DNA of 59,381 nucleotides, the filler included. It is 4 parts of 4 records of this genome, joined end to end, with 100 filler letters (N's around TTAATTAATTAA, not from the genome) between each part and the next. Parts side by side here need not be neighbours in the genome. Positions count along the whole stretch, not along the records: positions 15,087 to 43,535 come from SRR31156797_16014; positions 43,636 to 49,242 come from SRR31156797_16020; 2 more parts are not named here. One strand, given 5' to 3'. Both the position numbers and the translations under genes were made by a program. Shown in pieces: positions 38,846 to 47,202 of the stretch (position 1 is its first letter; each line of letters starts with the position of its first letter). The notes under the pieces were generated by a model that was not told the origin of the DNA, made no database searches, and saw only the letters and a list, made by a program, of their open reading frames with translations.

Positions 38846-39487
38846 TTATTGAGCGATGATTTCCATCACTTTGCTCAAGACTTCATTAGCATTAGCGGCA
38901 ACTTCTTCACCACACTGTTCGCGAAGCGTCACGACAAACTCAGCTAACTGAGCCGGTGTAATACCATTGTTCAGGCTGATGAAATAGTGAGATTGCAATT
39001 GGCTGTTGACGCCTTGCATGTTCGCTAAAGCCGCAATCGTCGCTAGCTCACGTTGTTTCCAGGTCAGTACATCTTGCTGGAAAATATCACCAAACAAATG
39101 TGCTTTTAGGTATTGATCAATGGCTGGCGCAAAGTCGAATAACGGGCCACTAACCACTTGCCCAACCAGCTTAGTTTGATTTTCTGTACCCACCACTAAG
39201 CTATTTTCAACCACAGGGTGCACCGTAGAAACTTTACCTTGCGCATCGTCGATGCCAGATTTTTTACGTTCTTCTACCAGCGCCATAAAAGTACCCAATG
39301 CATTTAAGCTGCGGGGAAATCCGCAGTAAGCATAAAGCTGTACAAGTACTTCTTTTATTTCGTTAACAGTCAGTCCCGCTTCCAGCCCACTCACTAAGCT
39401 TTGGCTAAGTTTTTCGATATCACCACTCGCTGCAAATCCAGCGATAGGAATAAGTGCTTTCTCTGAATTGCTAAAATGTTCTTGCAT
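38846..39487 (-). CDS. CMD family protein, cytoplasmic paralog of 33607-34323
   Basis: QLYAYCGFPRSLNAL, YLKAHLFGDIF, RELATIA; GGAGG RBS; no signal peptide. Confidence 0.88.
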   Translation of the reverse strand: MQEHFSNSEKALIPIAGFAASGDIEKLSQSLVSGLEAGLTVNEIKEVLVQLYAYCGFPRSLNALGTFMALVEERKKSGIDDAQGKVSTVHPVVENSLVVGTENQTKLVGQVVSGPLFDFAPAIDQYLKAHLFGDIFQQDVLTWKQRELATIAALANMQGVNSQLQSHYFISLNNGITPAQLAEFVVTLREQCGEEVAANANEVLSKVMEIIAQ

Positions 39488-39620
39488 AGCTTCCTCCGGA
39501 ACCGATAGCTGTCAAACGCTTTGCTTTATGATTCAATAGATATAACGCGTCGAATTAACAACATAGCGTTTACTCTTTAAGTTATGCCTTTTATTTAGCC
39601 ATATTGAGACAAAAATTCGT

Positions 39621-39655
39621 TAGCCTATTCATTTCTTTTAATTGCCTATTTATCC
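39621..39655 (-). promoter_or_regulatory. AraC-type tandem operator (copy 3)
   Basis: GGATAAATAGGCAA plus AAATGAATAGGCTA offset by 21 bp. Confidence 0.65.
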
Positions 39656-39911
39656 AAAACACTCCTTAACTCCCGACTAAAACCGATGTATTACCAAGAT
39701 AAAAAAAGAGCACAAAAAACACTATAAACACTTGTAATAAAAAGAATTTATCTCATCATTCATAAATTAAAAAGATGGGAATGAGTACCAACACTATGTG
39801 ATAAAGTTATCAATTATCGATTGCCTAATATTCTTTACATACTAAAAAATAGTGTTATAAATAATAAGACAAAGTGACATTAACTTTCTCTCAGTCATTC
39901 GTGGAGCAACT

Positions 39912-40823
39912 ATGAACGATACGACAAATGCTTGTATTTCATCCCCAGAACTCGCTCAACAAATCGAGCGATGGACGAATGGTCAAACACAATTCGAAAC
40001 AGATATTTCCGGACTTCGCCTCAGTCGTTGGACACATCCTACGCCACCGACAAGTTACACTCATAACCCAAGTATCTGCTTAATTGCGCAAGGAAAGAAA
40101 CAGGTCCTGTTAGCCGGAGACAGTTATGTCTACGACTCAAATCATTTTTTGATTTCTTCTGTCAACTTGCCAATTACGGCCAATATCATGGAAGCGAGTG
40201 AAGAAGAGCCCTATCTGGGTTTAATTCTCGAACTCGATTTACAAGAAATTTCTCAGTTAATCGTCGACAGTGAATTCACTTTTGACCATAGCAATCAGGC
40301 TCAGAAAGGGATTGCAGTTGGTACCCTGTCTGATTCGCTATTAGATGCTTTTGTTCGATTGATGACTTTGCTCGATGAGCCTGACTCAATAAAAATTCTT
40401 GCGCCTGTGATTAAGCGCGAAATTTTTTATCGTCTTTTGATGAGTGAACAAGGTATGCGATTAAATCAGATCGTTACAACAGGCAGTCACAGTCACCAAA
40501 TTTCAAAAGCGATTGACTGGCTGAAAAACAACTTTGTAAAACCATTAAGTGTTGGCGATCTCGCCTCTTACAGTGGGATGAGTAAGTCTGCCTTTTATAC
40601 GCATTTTCGCTCTATGACGTCAATGACACCGCTTCAGTTTCAAAAGAAACTTCGTTTAAGTGAAGCTCGACGCTTGATGCTAACTGAAAATCTTGATGCC
40701 ATGTCTACTACTTTTAAAGTTGGCTATGAAAGCCCGTCGCAATTTAGCCGCGAGTACAGTCGTTTGTTTGGTGCACCACCATCTAAAGACATTAAAGCGT
40801 TAAGAGAAGCTAACATAGCTTAA
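39912..40823 (+). CDS. AraC family regulator, YqhC-like (AraC_N domain)
   Basis: CLIAQGKK, REIFYRLL, TSMTPLQFQKKLRLSEAR, VGYESPSQFSREYSRLFG. Confidence 0.93.
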   Translation: MNDTTNACISSPELAQQIERWTNGQTQFETDISGLRLSRWTHPTPPTSYTHNPSICLIAQGKKQVLLAGDSYVYDSNHFLISSVNLPITANIMEASEEEPYLGLILELDLQEISQLIVDSEFTFDHSNQAQKGIAVGTLSDSLLDAFVRLMTLLDEPDSIKILAPVIKREIFYRLLMSEQGMRLNQIVTTGSHSHQISKAIDWLKNNFVKPLSVGDLASYSGMSKSAFYTHFRSMTSMTPLQFQKKLRLSEARRLMLTENLDAMSTTFKVGYESPSQFSREYSRLFGAPPSKDIKALREANIA

Positions 40824-40832
40824 TTTCCTGCC

Positions 40833-40861
40833 TTGCCTTCCTCTCTTTTAGAGGAAGGCAA
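40833..40861 (+). terminator. Hairpin after araC
   Basis: TTGCCTTCCTCT-CTTTT-AGAGGAAGGCAA. Confidence 0.65.
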
Positions 40862-41020
40862 ATAGATTCAACACCAAACACTGCCTAATGACAAAACTAT
40901 TGTGCAATCCGCTACATCAACACTTGATAGAGCTTATATAAGAATTATCAATTTCACCCTGTTATACATATGGTTAAGTTCAGCTCTATAACATCAAAGT
41001 GTAAGTAACAAAAAAAAATT

Positions 41021-41055
41021 GGAAGAATAGGCAAACCTAAAAGAGGATTAGACAT
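41021..41055 (+). promoter_or_regulatory. AraC-type tandem operator (copy 4)
   Basis: GGAAGAATAGGCAA (identical to copy 1) plus AGAGGATTAGACAT offset by 21 bp. Confidence 0.7.
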
Positions 41056-41186
41056 TCCTCATTTAGTGATAGATCTATAAAATATCGTCTATATTAAACA
41101 TCATCTGCAGTTAACACTGTGGCTGAAAAACTCATGAGCGTAGCGATACAACTGCGCCAGCAATAACTCTTCAGAAGGGTGTGACA

Positions 41187-42356
41187 ATGCAATTAGATTT
41201 CTCTTACTACAACCCAACTACCATTCACTTTGGTAAAGACTCATTAGCTCAACTTGATAACGAACTGCCAAAATATGGCGAAACCGTTATGTTGGTATAC
41301 GGTCGTAACGCGATCAAATCAAATGGTCTTTACGACAAAGTTATCGCAAGCCTGACGGCTGCTGGTAAGAAAGTTGTTGAACTTTCAGGTGTTATGCCAA
41401 ACCCAACATACGCAAAAATGATGGAAGGTGTTGAACTTGTACGCCAGCATAATGTAGAGCTTATCCTTGCTGTGGGTGGTGGTTCAGTTGTTGACTGCGC
41501 TAAAGGTATTTCGGTATCAGCTCACTGTACTGATGAAGACCCGTTCCAAAAATACTGGGTAGAATGGCAAGACGTTTCAAACGAAATCGTACCTGTCGCT
41601 TCTATCCTGACTATGGTGGGTACCGGTTCTGAAATGAACGGCGGCTCTGTAATCACTCATGAAGAGACAAAAAACAAAGCAGGTCGCGTTTTTCCGCCTG
41701 TTGCGTACCCTAAATTCTCTATCCTGAACCCAGAATATACATTTACCGTATCGCAATACCAAATGGTAAGTGGTGTATTTGACACCATGTCTCACCTGAT
41801 GGAGCAATACTTCTCAGATCAAGGTGCGAACACGACTGATTACGTTATCGAGAGCTTGTTAAAATCTTCAATTGATAACCTTCGCGTTGCTCTTAAAGAT
41901 CCTCAAGATTACGAAGCTCGCAGTAACATCATGTGGAACGCAACATTAGCGCTAAACACGATGACTGGTCTTTCAAAAACTCAAGACTGGCAAGTTCACA
42001 TGATTGAACACCAGTTGGGTGCTTATACTGACTGTGCGCACGGTATGGGTCTTGCGGCGGTTTCACTGCCTTACTACCGTCTAATCTACAAATTCGGTTT
42101 AGACAAATTCGTTCGCTACGCAACTCAGGTTTGGGGCGTATCAACCGAAGGTAAGACTAAAGAAGAGATCGCACTTGCTGGTATCGACGCTCTGGAAGCA
42201 TTCACTAAAGAATGCGGCATCGTAACTTCACTTGAAGAGTTGGGCGCAACAAAAGAAATGCTGCCTAAAATTGCTGAGTCTACAATCATTCTTGGCAATG
42301 GTTACAAAAAGCTAACCTCTGAGGAAGTGCTGAACATTCTAGAAGAGTGTTACTAA
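41187..42356 (+). CDS. Iron-containing alcohol/aldehyde reductase (YqhD/BdhA-like)
   Basis: YNPTTIHFG, GGGSVVD, TGSEMN, D..SH..EQYF, HMIEH, HGMGLA. Confidence 0.92.
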   Translation: MQLDFSYYNPTTIHFGKDSLAQLDNELPKYGETVMLVYGRNAIKSNGLYDKVIASLTAAGKKVVELSGVMPNPTYAKMMEGVELVRQHNVELILAVGGGSVVDCAKGISVSAHCTDEDPFQKYWVEWQDVSNEIVPVASILTMVGTGSEMNGGSVITHEETKNKAGRVFPPVAYPKFSILNPEYTFTVSQYQMVSGVFDTMSHLMEQYFSDQGANTTDYVIESLLKSSIDNLRVALKDPQDYEARSNIMWNATLALNTMTGLSKTQDWQVHMIEHQLGAYTDCAHGMGLAAVSLPYYRLIYKFGLDKFVRYATQVWGVSTEGKTKEEIALAGIDALEAFTKECGIVTSLEELGATKEMLPKIAESTIILGNGYKKLTSEEVLNILEECY

Positions 42357-42375
42357 CAGTCATTTAATCAATAGT

Positions 42376-42405
42376 AAAAAGCGAGCTATCGAGCTCGCTT
42401 TTTTT
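42376..42405. terminator. Bidirectional intrinsic terminator
   Basis: AAAAAGCGAGCT-ATCG-AGCTCGCTTTTTTT. Confidence 0.9.
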
Positions 42406-42426
42406 ATATCTGCTTTATCGAATTAA

Positions 42427-43470
42427 TTAGCTTAATGTCGCCATATCGATAACAAAACGGTGTGCAAGATCACCCGTTTCCAGCTGTTCGAATGCATGAT
42501 TAATTTCATCCATTCTGATCAGTTCACACTCTGGGTAGACATCATGCTCAGCACAGAAATCTAAAAGCTCTTGAGTTTCAGCAATACCACCAATTAACGA
42601 ACCAGCTACACGTCTGCGACCAAACACTAGTGGCGCTGTCATTGGTTCTTCCAATGGACCAATTTGACCCACAATAACCAATGAGCCATCCAGATCGAGT
42701 AACGGTGTATAAACATTGATGTCGTGTTTTGTCGGAACCGTATCAATAATTAAATCAAACGAAGACGCCGCAGCCTGAATTGCATCACTATCACTAGAAG
42801 CCAGAATGCCTTTTGCTCCAAGTTCTTTAGCCTGTTGCTCTTTACTGTTAGAACGGCTGATAACGGTGACTTCAGCGCCCATAGCTACAGCCAGTTTTAC
42901 CGCCATATGACCCAAGCCACCTAAACCGATAACACCAACACGCGTACCCTTGGTAACATTCCATGTACGTAACGGAGAGTAAGTGGTAATACCGGCACAC
43001 AGAATAGGTGCAGTACGTGACATATCAAGAGAATCTGGAACGCGAAGAACAAACTCTTCTCTAACGACAATATGTTTTGAATAACCCCCCTGAGTGGTTT
43101 CACCCGTTTGACGATCCGGAGCACCATATGTCGGGGTCATACCGTTGCGGCAGAATTGCTCTTCACCATCGTGGCAGTGGTCGCACTCTTGGCAACTGTC
43201 AACCATACAGCCAACAGCGACTTTGTCGCCAACTTTGTATTTCGTTGCTGCACTACCGACAGACGTAACAACCCCTACTATTTCGTGGCCAGGTATAAGG
43301 GGATAAGGTTGTGGTCCCCAATCGCCGTTAACCGTATGTAAATCTGAGTGGCACACACCACAATACGTAATCTCAATAGCTACATCGTTCGGGCGTAGCT
43401 CTCGACGTTCAAAGTGATAAGGCGCAAGTGCTTCATTTTCAGCATGCGCTGCATAACCGACTGTTTTCAT
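42427..43470 (-). CDS. Zinc-dependent NADP(H) alcohol dehydrogenase (cinnamyl-ADH/YahK-like)
   Basis: CGVCHSD, PGHEIVG, CQECDHC..C, CAGITTYSPL, GLGGLGH. Confidence 0.93.
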   Translation of the reverse strand: MKTVGYAAHAENEALAPYHFERRELRPNDVAIEITYCGVCHSDLHTVNGDWGPQPYPLIPGHEIVGVVTSVGSAATKYKVGDKVAVGCMVDSCQECDHCHDGEEQFCRNGMTPTYGAPDRQTGETTQGGYSKHIVVREEFVLRVPDSLDMSRTAPILCAGITTYSPLRTWNVTKGTRVGVIGLGGLGHMAVKLAVAMGAEVTVISRSNSKEQQAKELGAKGILASSDSDAIQAAASSFDLIIDTVPTKHDINVYTPLLDLDGSLVIVGQIGPLEEPMTAPLVFGRRRVAGSLIGGIAETQELLDFCAEHDVYPECELIRMDEINHAFEQLETGDLAHRFVIDMATLS

Positions 43471-43500
43471 AACTACAATATCCTATCGTTTACTATCGAT

Positions 43501-43535
43501 TAAAAAATATAACGGCATGAATTCATGCCGTTATA
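43501..43535 (-). terminator. Perfect palindrome at the contig end, probable terminator of a gene upstream on the minus strand
   Basis: TATAACGGCATGAATTCATGCCGTTATA (43508-43535) followed by a T-tract on the minus strand. Confidence 0.55.
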
Positions 43536-43635
43536 NNNNNNNNNNNNNNNNNNNNNNNNNNNNNNNNNNNNNNNNNNNNTTAATTAATTAANNNNNNNNN
43601 NNNNNNNNNNNNNNNNNNNNNNNNNNNNNNNNNNN
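43536..43635. other. Artificial contig linker
   Basis: 44 N + TTAATTAATTAA + 44 N. Confidence 0.99.
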
Positions 43636-43636
43636 T

Positions 43637-43825
43637 TTTGCCGATATTTTTCCTCCCGGCGATTTGGCAACTATAAAATCAGTTTACGAATTAAATCTTG
43701 TTTCAAAAGAAAAATCAAAAGAAGATATTATAAACTATATGAAACGTTTTTCACCCTACCAGTCGGCAGCAACTTATATTCTTTGGCACAGTTACATCGA
43801 AAAAAGAAACCTGTCACTCGATTGA
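43637..43825 (+). CDS. 3' end of DNA-3-methyladenine glycosylase (AlkA/HhH-GPD family), partial; absent from ORF track
   Basis: Manual translation FADIFPPGDLA...FSPYQSAATYILWHSY matches the AlkA C-terminal pattern D.FP..D...PY.S.A...LW. Confidence 0.8.
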   Translation, partial: FADIFPPGDLATIKSVYELNLVSKEKSKEDIINYMKRFSPYQSAATYILWHSYIEKRNLSLD

Positions 43826-43911
43826 TATTTTCCGGACTTTTTATTTTCTGAGGATTAAGAAATATTTCAGTAATTAAAGTGTTTTCCCTAATTTTGATAA
43901 AAACCTGAAAA

Positions 43912-44388
43912 TTGATAATCAACAATAAACTGGAACATATTTTATCGGGAACAAAAGCTTTTGTCGGATATCTTTTTATACTTACAGGTGTTATCATCAT
44001 TTTTATGGAGCATTTACTTTTTGGAATTTCCATTGTAATTTTTGCAATTTTTCTTCTTTCCTCATTTTCAGGAGTTGAAATTGATACAACCAACCAAAAA
44101 ATAAAACAATACAACAAATATTTTGGAATCCTAAAAACCGGTAGTTGGGAAAAAACAAGTTCTTATATTGGCCTGACAATTGTTCCAATGAAAAAAATAA
44201 ATACCGTTGCCAGCCGGGCAAATCTTACTACCTCGACCATTCAAAAAGATTACAGAATTTATCTGGTAAACAAAGCCAAAAAGCCAACTATCCCTTTAAA
44301 AATCTGCAGAAACAGAGAACAAGCTCAAAACAGTATCGACGAATTTTCCATTTGGCTGAAACTACCTGTTTATTCAGTAAAAAGATAA
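43912..44388 (+). CDS. Hypothetical membrane protein (two TM segments plus soluble domain)
   Basis: Two hydrophobic helices, then GVEID..KQY..YFG..GSW; start uncertain. Confidence 0.7.
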   Translation: MIINNKLEHILSGTKAFVGYLFILTGVIIIFMEHLLFGISIVIFAIFLLSSFSGVEIDTTNQKIKQYNKYFGILKTGSWEKTSSYIGLTIVPMKKINTVASRANLTTSTIQKDYRIYLVNKAKKPTIPLKICRNREQAQNSIDEFSIWLKLPVYSVKR

Positions 44389-44471
44389 ACTATCTGAAGA
44401 AAAGGTTGTTTAAATTGAATCGACACACATTAGTTTCACTTTTCTTTTCGTTTAAATAGAAATTAAAATCC

Positions 44472-47096
44472 ATGAAACAAGTATTAACGCTAATTTTAAT
44501 TCTGACTTTTATTGCTCCATTGCAAGCGCAAATAAAAAAAAGAGGAAGAGTTAAACGCAAATACAGAAATACCGAACAGGTACGACAAGAACTTCCGCCG
44601 GTTTTTTTACGGGGAAAAATACGTGACCACGATGATAATTTACTACCCGGTGCTCATGTAATTTTGCCGGGCACACGACTGGGAGTGCATGCCAACGAAA
44701 ACGGGGAATATTTTTTTTACGGACTGGAACAGGGAAGAACCAGAATACAAGTTTCTTTTGTTGGCTTCAAAACCAAATCGGTAGATTTTCAGCTTCAAAC
44801 AGGTCAAAATTATGTAAACATTACCCTTGACGAAGACAACATCAGGCTCGATGATATTTCTGTTACTTCGCAAAAAAGAGAACAACAAATCCTCGATGTT
44901 CCAATTACTATGAGCGGGTTAAATACCAAGTTTCTGGAAGAAAACAATATTACAGAATTGGAACAACTTGCGGAGTTTGTTCCCGGGTTACAGGTGAGGA
45001 TGCAGGGAACCAACCGCCCGAGTTTTATTATCAGGGGACTTACCAGCGACGAAATAAGCCCCGTAGCTCAGCCCCGCGTTTCCACTTTTTACAACAATGT
45101 TCCAATAAACAGGGCAAGTGGCGCAGCAATGGAATTGTTCGATATGCAACAGGTTGAAGTTTTAAAAGGACCGCAAAATACACTGTTTGGCCGCGGCGCA
45201 CAAATTGGAGCGATTCATTATATCAGTAATAAACCAACCAGTGACTTTTATGGAAACATCACAGCCGGAATTGGAAATTATAACCGGCGGGAAATAAATG
45301 GCGCGATTAATATTCCTGTTATTAAAAATAAACTAATGGTGCGCGCTGCCGGAATTTACGACTACTACGATGGTTTTATTGAAAATACTTTTGGAGGAAA
45401 TCTGAACGGAAAAAATACGATGGCCGGAAGATTTTCAGTTCGGTTTCTTCCAACATTCAGAAATAAAGTTGATTTGGTTTTAAACTACCAGAAAGACGAT
45501 AATCCCGGACTTGGTTTTATGAGTATGGACTATCCGAATACCGAAGGAAGTAGTAATCCTTTTGATTATACAACATCGCTGGAACAAGGCGAAAACCAGT
45601 TCACCAAAAAAGATATTTTTGATGCCACGTTAACTATGAAACATTTTATACACGAACACAGGTATTTTACATCAACAACATCATTCCGCGATATTGGAGC
45701 TTCTTCACGCTGGGATGGCGACGGGACAGCAGCGGCATCAATTGATATGAGCGAAAATTCCGATGCCTGGCAGTTTTACCAGGAATTGCGGTACAATTTT
45801 TCCAGAAATAGTCGCCTGAACGGAAGTATGGGAGGAAGTTTCTGGGTGGAAAAAGCAACACAGAACTATTTGTTCTCTACCAACGAACAAGACATGTTTC
45901 ACCTGATTTTTAATACCGGTTTTCTTGTGAATACAACCGGACAACCTTTTTCGGTTTCTTCTTTGCCAAATGATACAACATTACTTGGAAATCTTGCAGG
46001 TTTTTCTCTTCCTCAAAATCATCAGGAAGAAAACATGAGCGATGCTACAAACCGTGCGTTGGAAGGATTTTTGGATTTCGATTATCAACTTACAAAACGA
46101 ATTACCCTGACAGCCGGTGCACGTGTAATAAAAGAGCGGTTTAAACTTTCTAACCAGGCACAAATGGTTGGTGACACTCCTTCAACACTTGGATTTCTAA
46201 CGGGGAATTACCCCAATTTACTTTTTACAGAAAGTGACAAAAAAGAGATTAAAGAGTCGACGCTGGCATTTACTTACCGTGGTGGAATAAAATATGCTTT
46301 TAATGAAAATACCAATGTTTTTGTAAATTATTCAAAAGGCCGGAGGCCAAAAGTTTTGCAGTTTACCTCTACCGGCGAGGCACAAGTTATGGATGCAGAA
46401 ACGGTTGACAGTTATGAACTTGGATTTAAAACCTCAGCCCTTGGACAACGAATTTGGTTCGATGCCGGTATTTTTTATCAGGAATACAAAAATTTCCAAA
46501 CCTCGGCGTGGGTGGCTGAAGCCGATTCAGGTGAATTTAACTACATTGTAAAAGATGCCGGAAAAGCAACTTCATACGGAGCAGAGACGACACTTAAAGT
46601 TGCCGTTTTAAAAAACCTCAGTATTTTTGGAAATTATTCCTATATCCATTCCCGTTTCGACAGTTTAAACGTAAATGGTGAAGAACAGGAATATGCCGGG
46701 AATGTATTTCGTCTTACACCGGAGTACAGTTTTGCTGTTGGAATTAATGCCCGCACCCAAATTGCCCCTGGTTTATTTTTATTCGCAACACCATCCTACT
46801 CCTGGAAATCGAAAATATATTTTGAAGATGCCAACACCCCCGGCCTTGAACAAAAAGCTTACGGATTGTTAAATATTAAGGGTGGTATTGAACTGCCCGA
46901 CCAGGGAATTACACTCGCCATTTACAGTACAAACCTGCTAAAAGAAGAATACATTGTTAGTGCCGGAAATACAGGAAGTTTATTTGGTGTGCCTACCCAA
47001 ATTCCGGGCGCGCCTCGCATGGTTGGCACAAAAATAACCTGGAAATTTAATGTAAAAGAAAAACAGTATTTCCGCAGAAACCGGTTAAACCGATAA
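44472..47096 (+). CDS. TonB-dependent receptor with N-terminal CarboxypepD_reg-like domain
   Basis: Signal peptide, VSFVGFK, VTSQKREQ, VEVLKGPQNTLFGRG plug motif, PGAPRMVG..TWKF. Confidence 0.92.
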   Translation: MKQVLTLILILTFIAPLQAQIKKRGRVKRKYRNTEQVRQELPPVFLRGKIRDHDDNLLPGAHVILPGTRLGVHANENGEYFFYGLEQGRTRIQVSFVGFKTKSVDFQLQTGQNYVNITLDEDNIRLDDISVTSQKREQQILDVPITMSGLNTKFLEENNITELEQLAEFVPGLQVRMQGTNRPSFIIRGLTSDEISPVAQPRVSTFYNNVPINRASGAAMELFDMQQVEVLKGPQNTLFGRGAQIGAIHYISNKPTSDFYGNITAGIGNYNRREINGAINIPVIKNKLMVRAAGIYDYYDGFIENTFGGNLNGKNTMAGRFSVRFLPTFRNKVDLVLNYQKDDNPGLGFMSMDYPNTEGSSNPFDYTTSLEQGENQFTKKDIFDATLTMKHFIHEHRYFTSTTSFRDIGASSRWDGDGTAAASIDMSENSDAWQFYQELRYNFSRNSRLNGSMGGSFWVEKATQNYLFSTNEQDMFHLIFNTGFLVNTTGQPFSVSSLPNDTTLLGNLAGFSLPQNHQEENMSDATNRALEGFLDFDYQLTKRITLTAGARVIKERFKLSNQAQMVGDTPSTLGFLTGNYPNLLFTESDKKEIKESTLAFTYRGGIKYAFNENTNVFVNYSKGRRPKVLQFTSTGEAQVMDAETVDSYELGFKTSALGQRIWFDAGIFYQEYKNFQTSAWVAEADSGEFNYIVKDAGKATSYGAETTLKVAVLKNLSIFGNYSYIHSRFDSLNVNGEEQEYAGNVFRLTPEYSFAVGINARTQIAPGLFLFATPSYSWKSKIYFEDANTPGLEQKAYGLLNIKGGIELPDQGITLAIYSTNLLKEEYIVSAGNTGSLFGVPTQIPGAPRMVGTKITWKFNVKEKQYFRRNRLNR

Positions 47097-47113
47097 AATA
47101 TTTTCTAAATTAA

Positions 47114-47160
47114 AAAAGATGCCATCTGTATTTTATGCATTTATACAGATGGCATCTTTT
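47114..47160. terminator. Bidirectional terminator
   Basis: AAAAGATGCCATCTGTAT...ATACAGATGGCATCTTTT, 18-bp stem between convergent genes. Confidence 0.88.
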
Positions 47161-47202
47161 AAACTTATGCCTCAAATCTTCAGAAACAATAAATCCAACT
47201 AA

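Noticed and set aside
34400-41055. CRISPR-like or mobile-element repeats
   Set aside because: The 14-bp copies are dispersed, oriented to promoters and not regularly spaced, which fits operators.
43728-44117. 129-aa minus-strand ORF
   Set aside because: Antisense to the AlkA 3' end and to the 43912 membrane protein gene.
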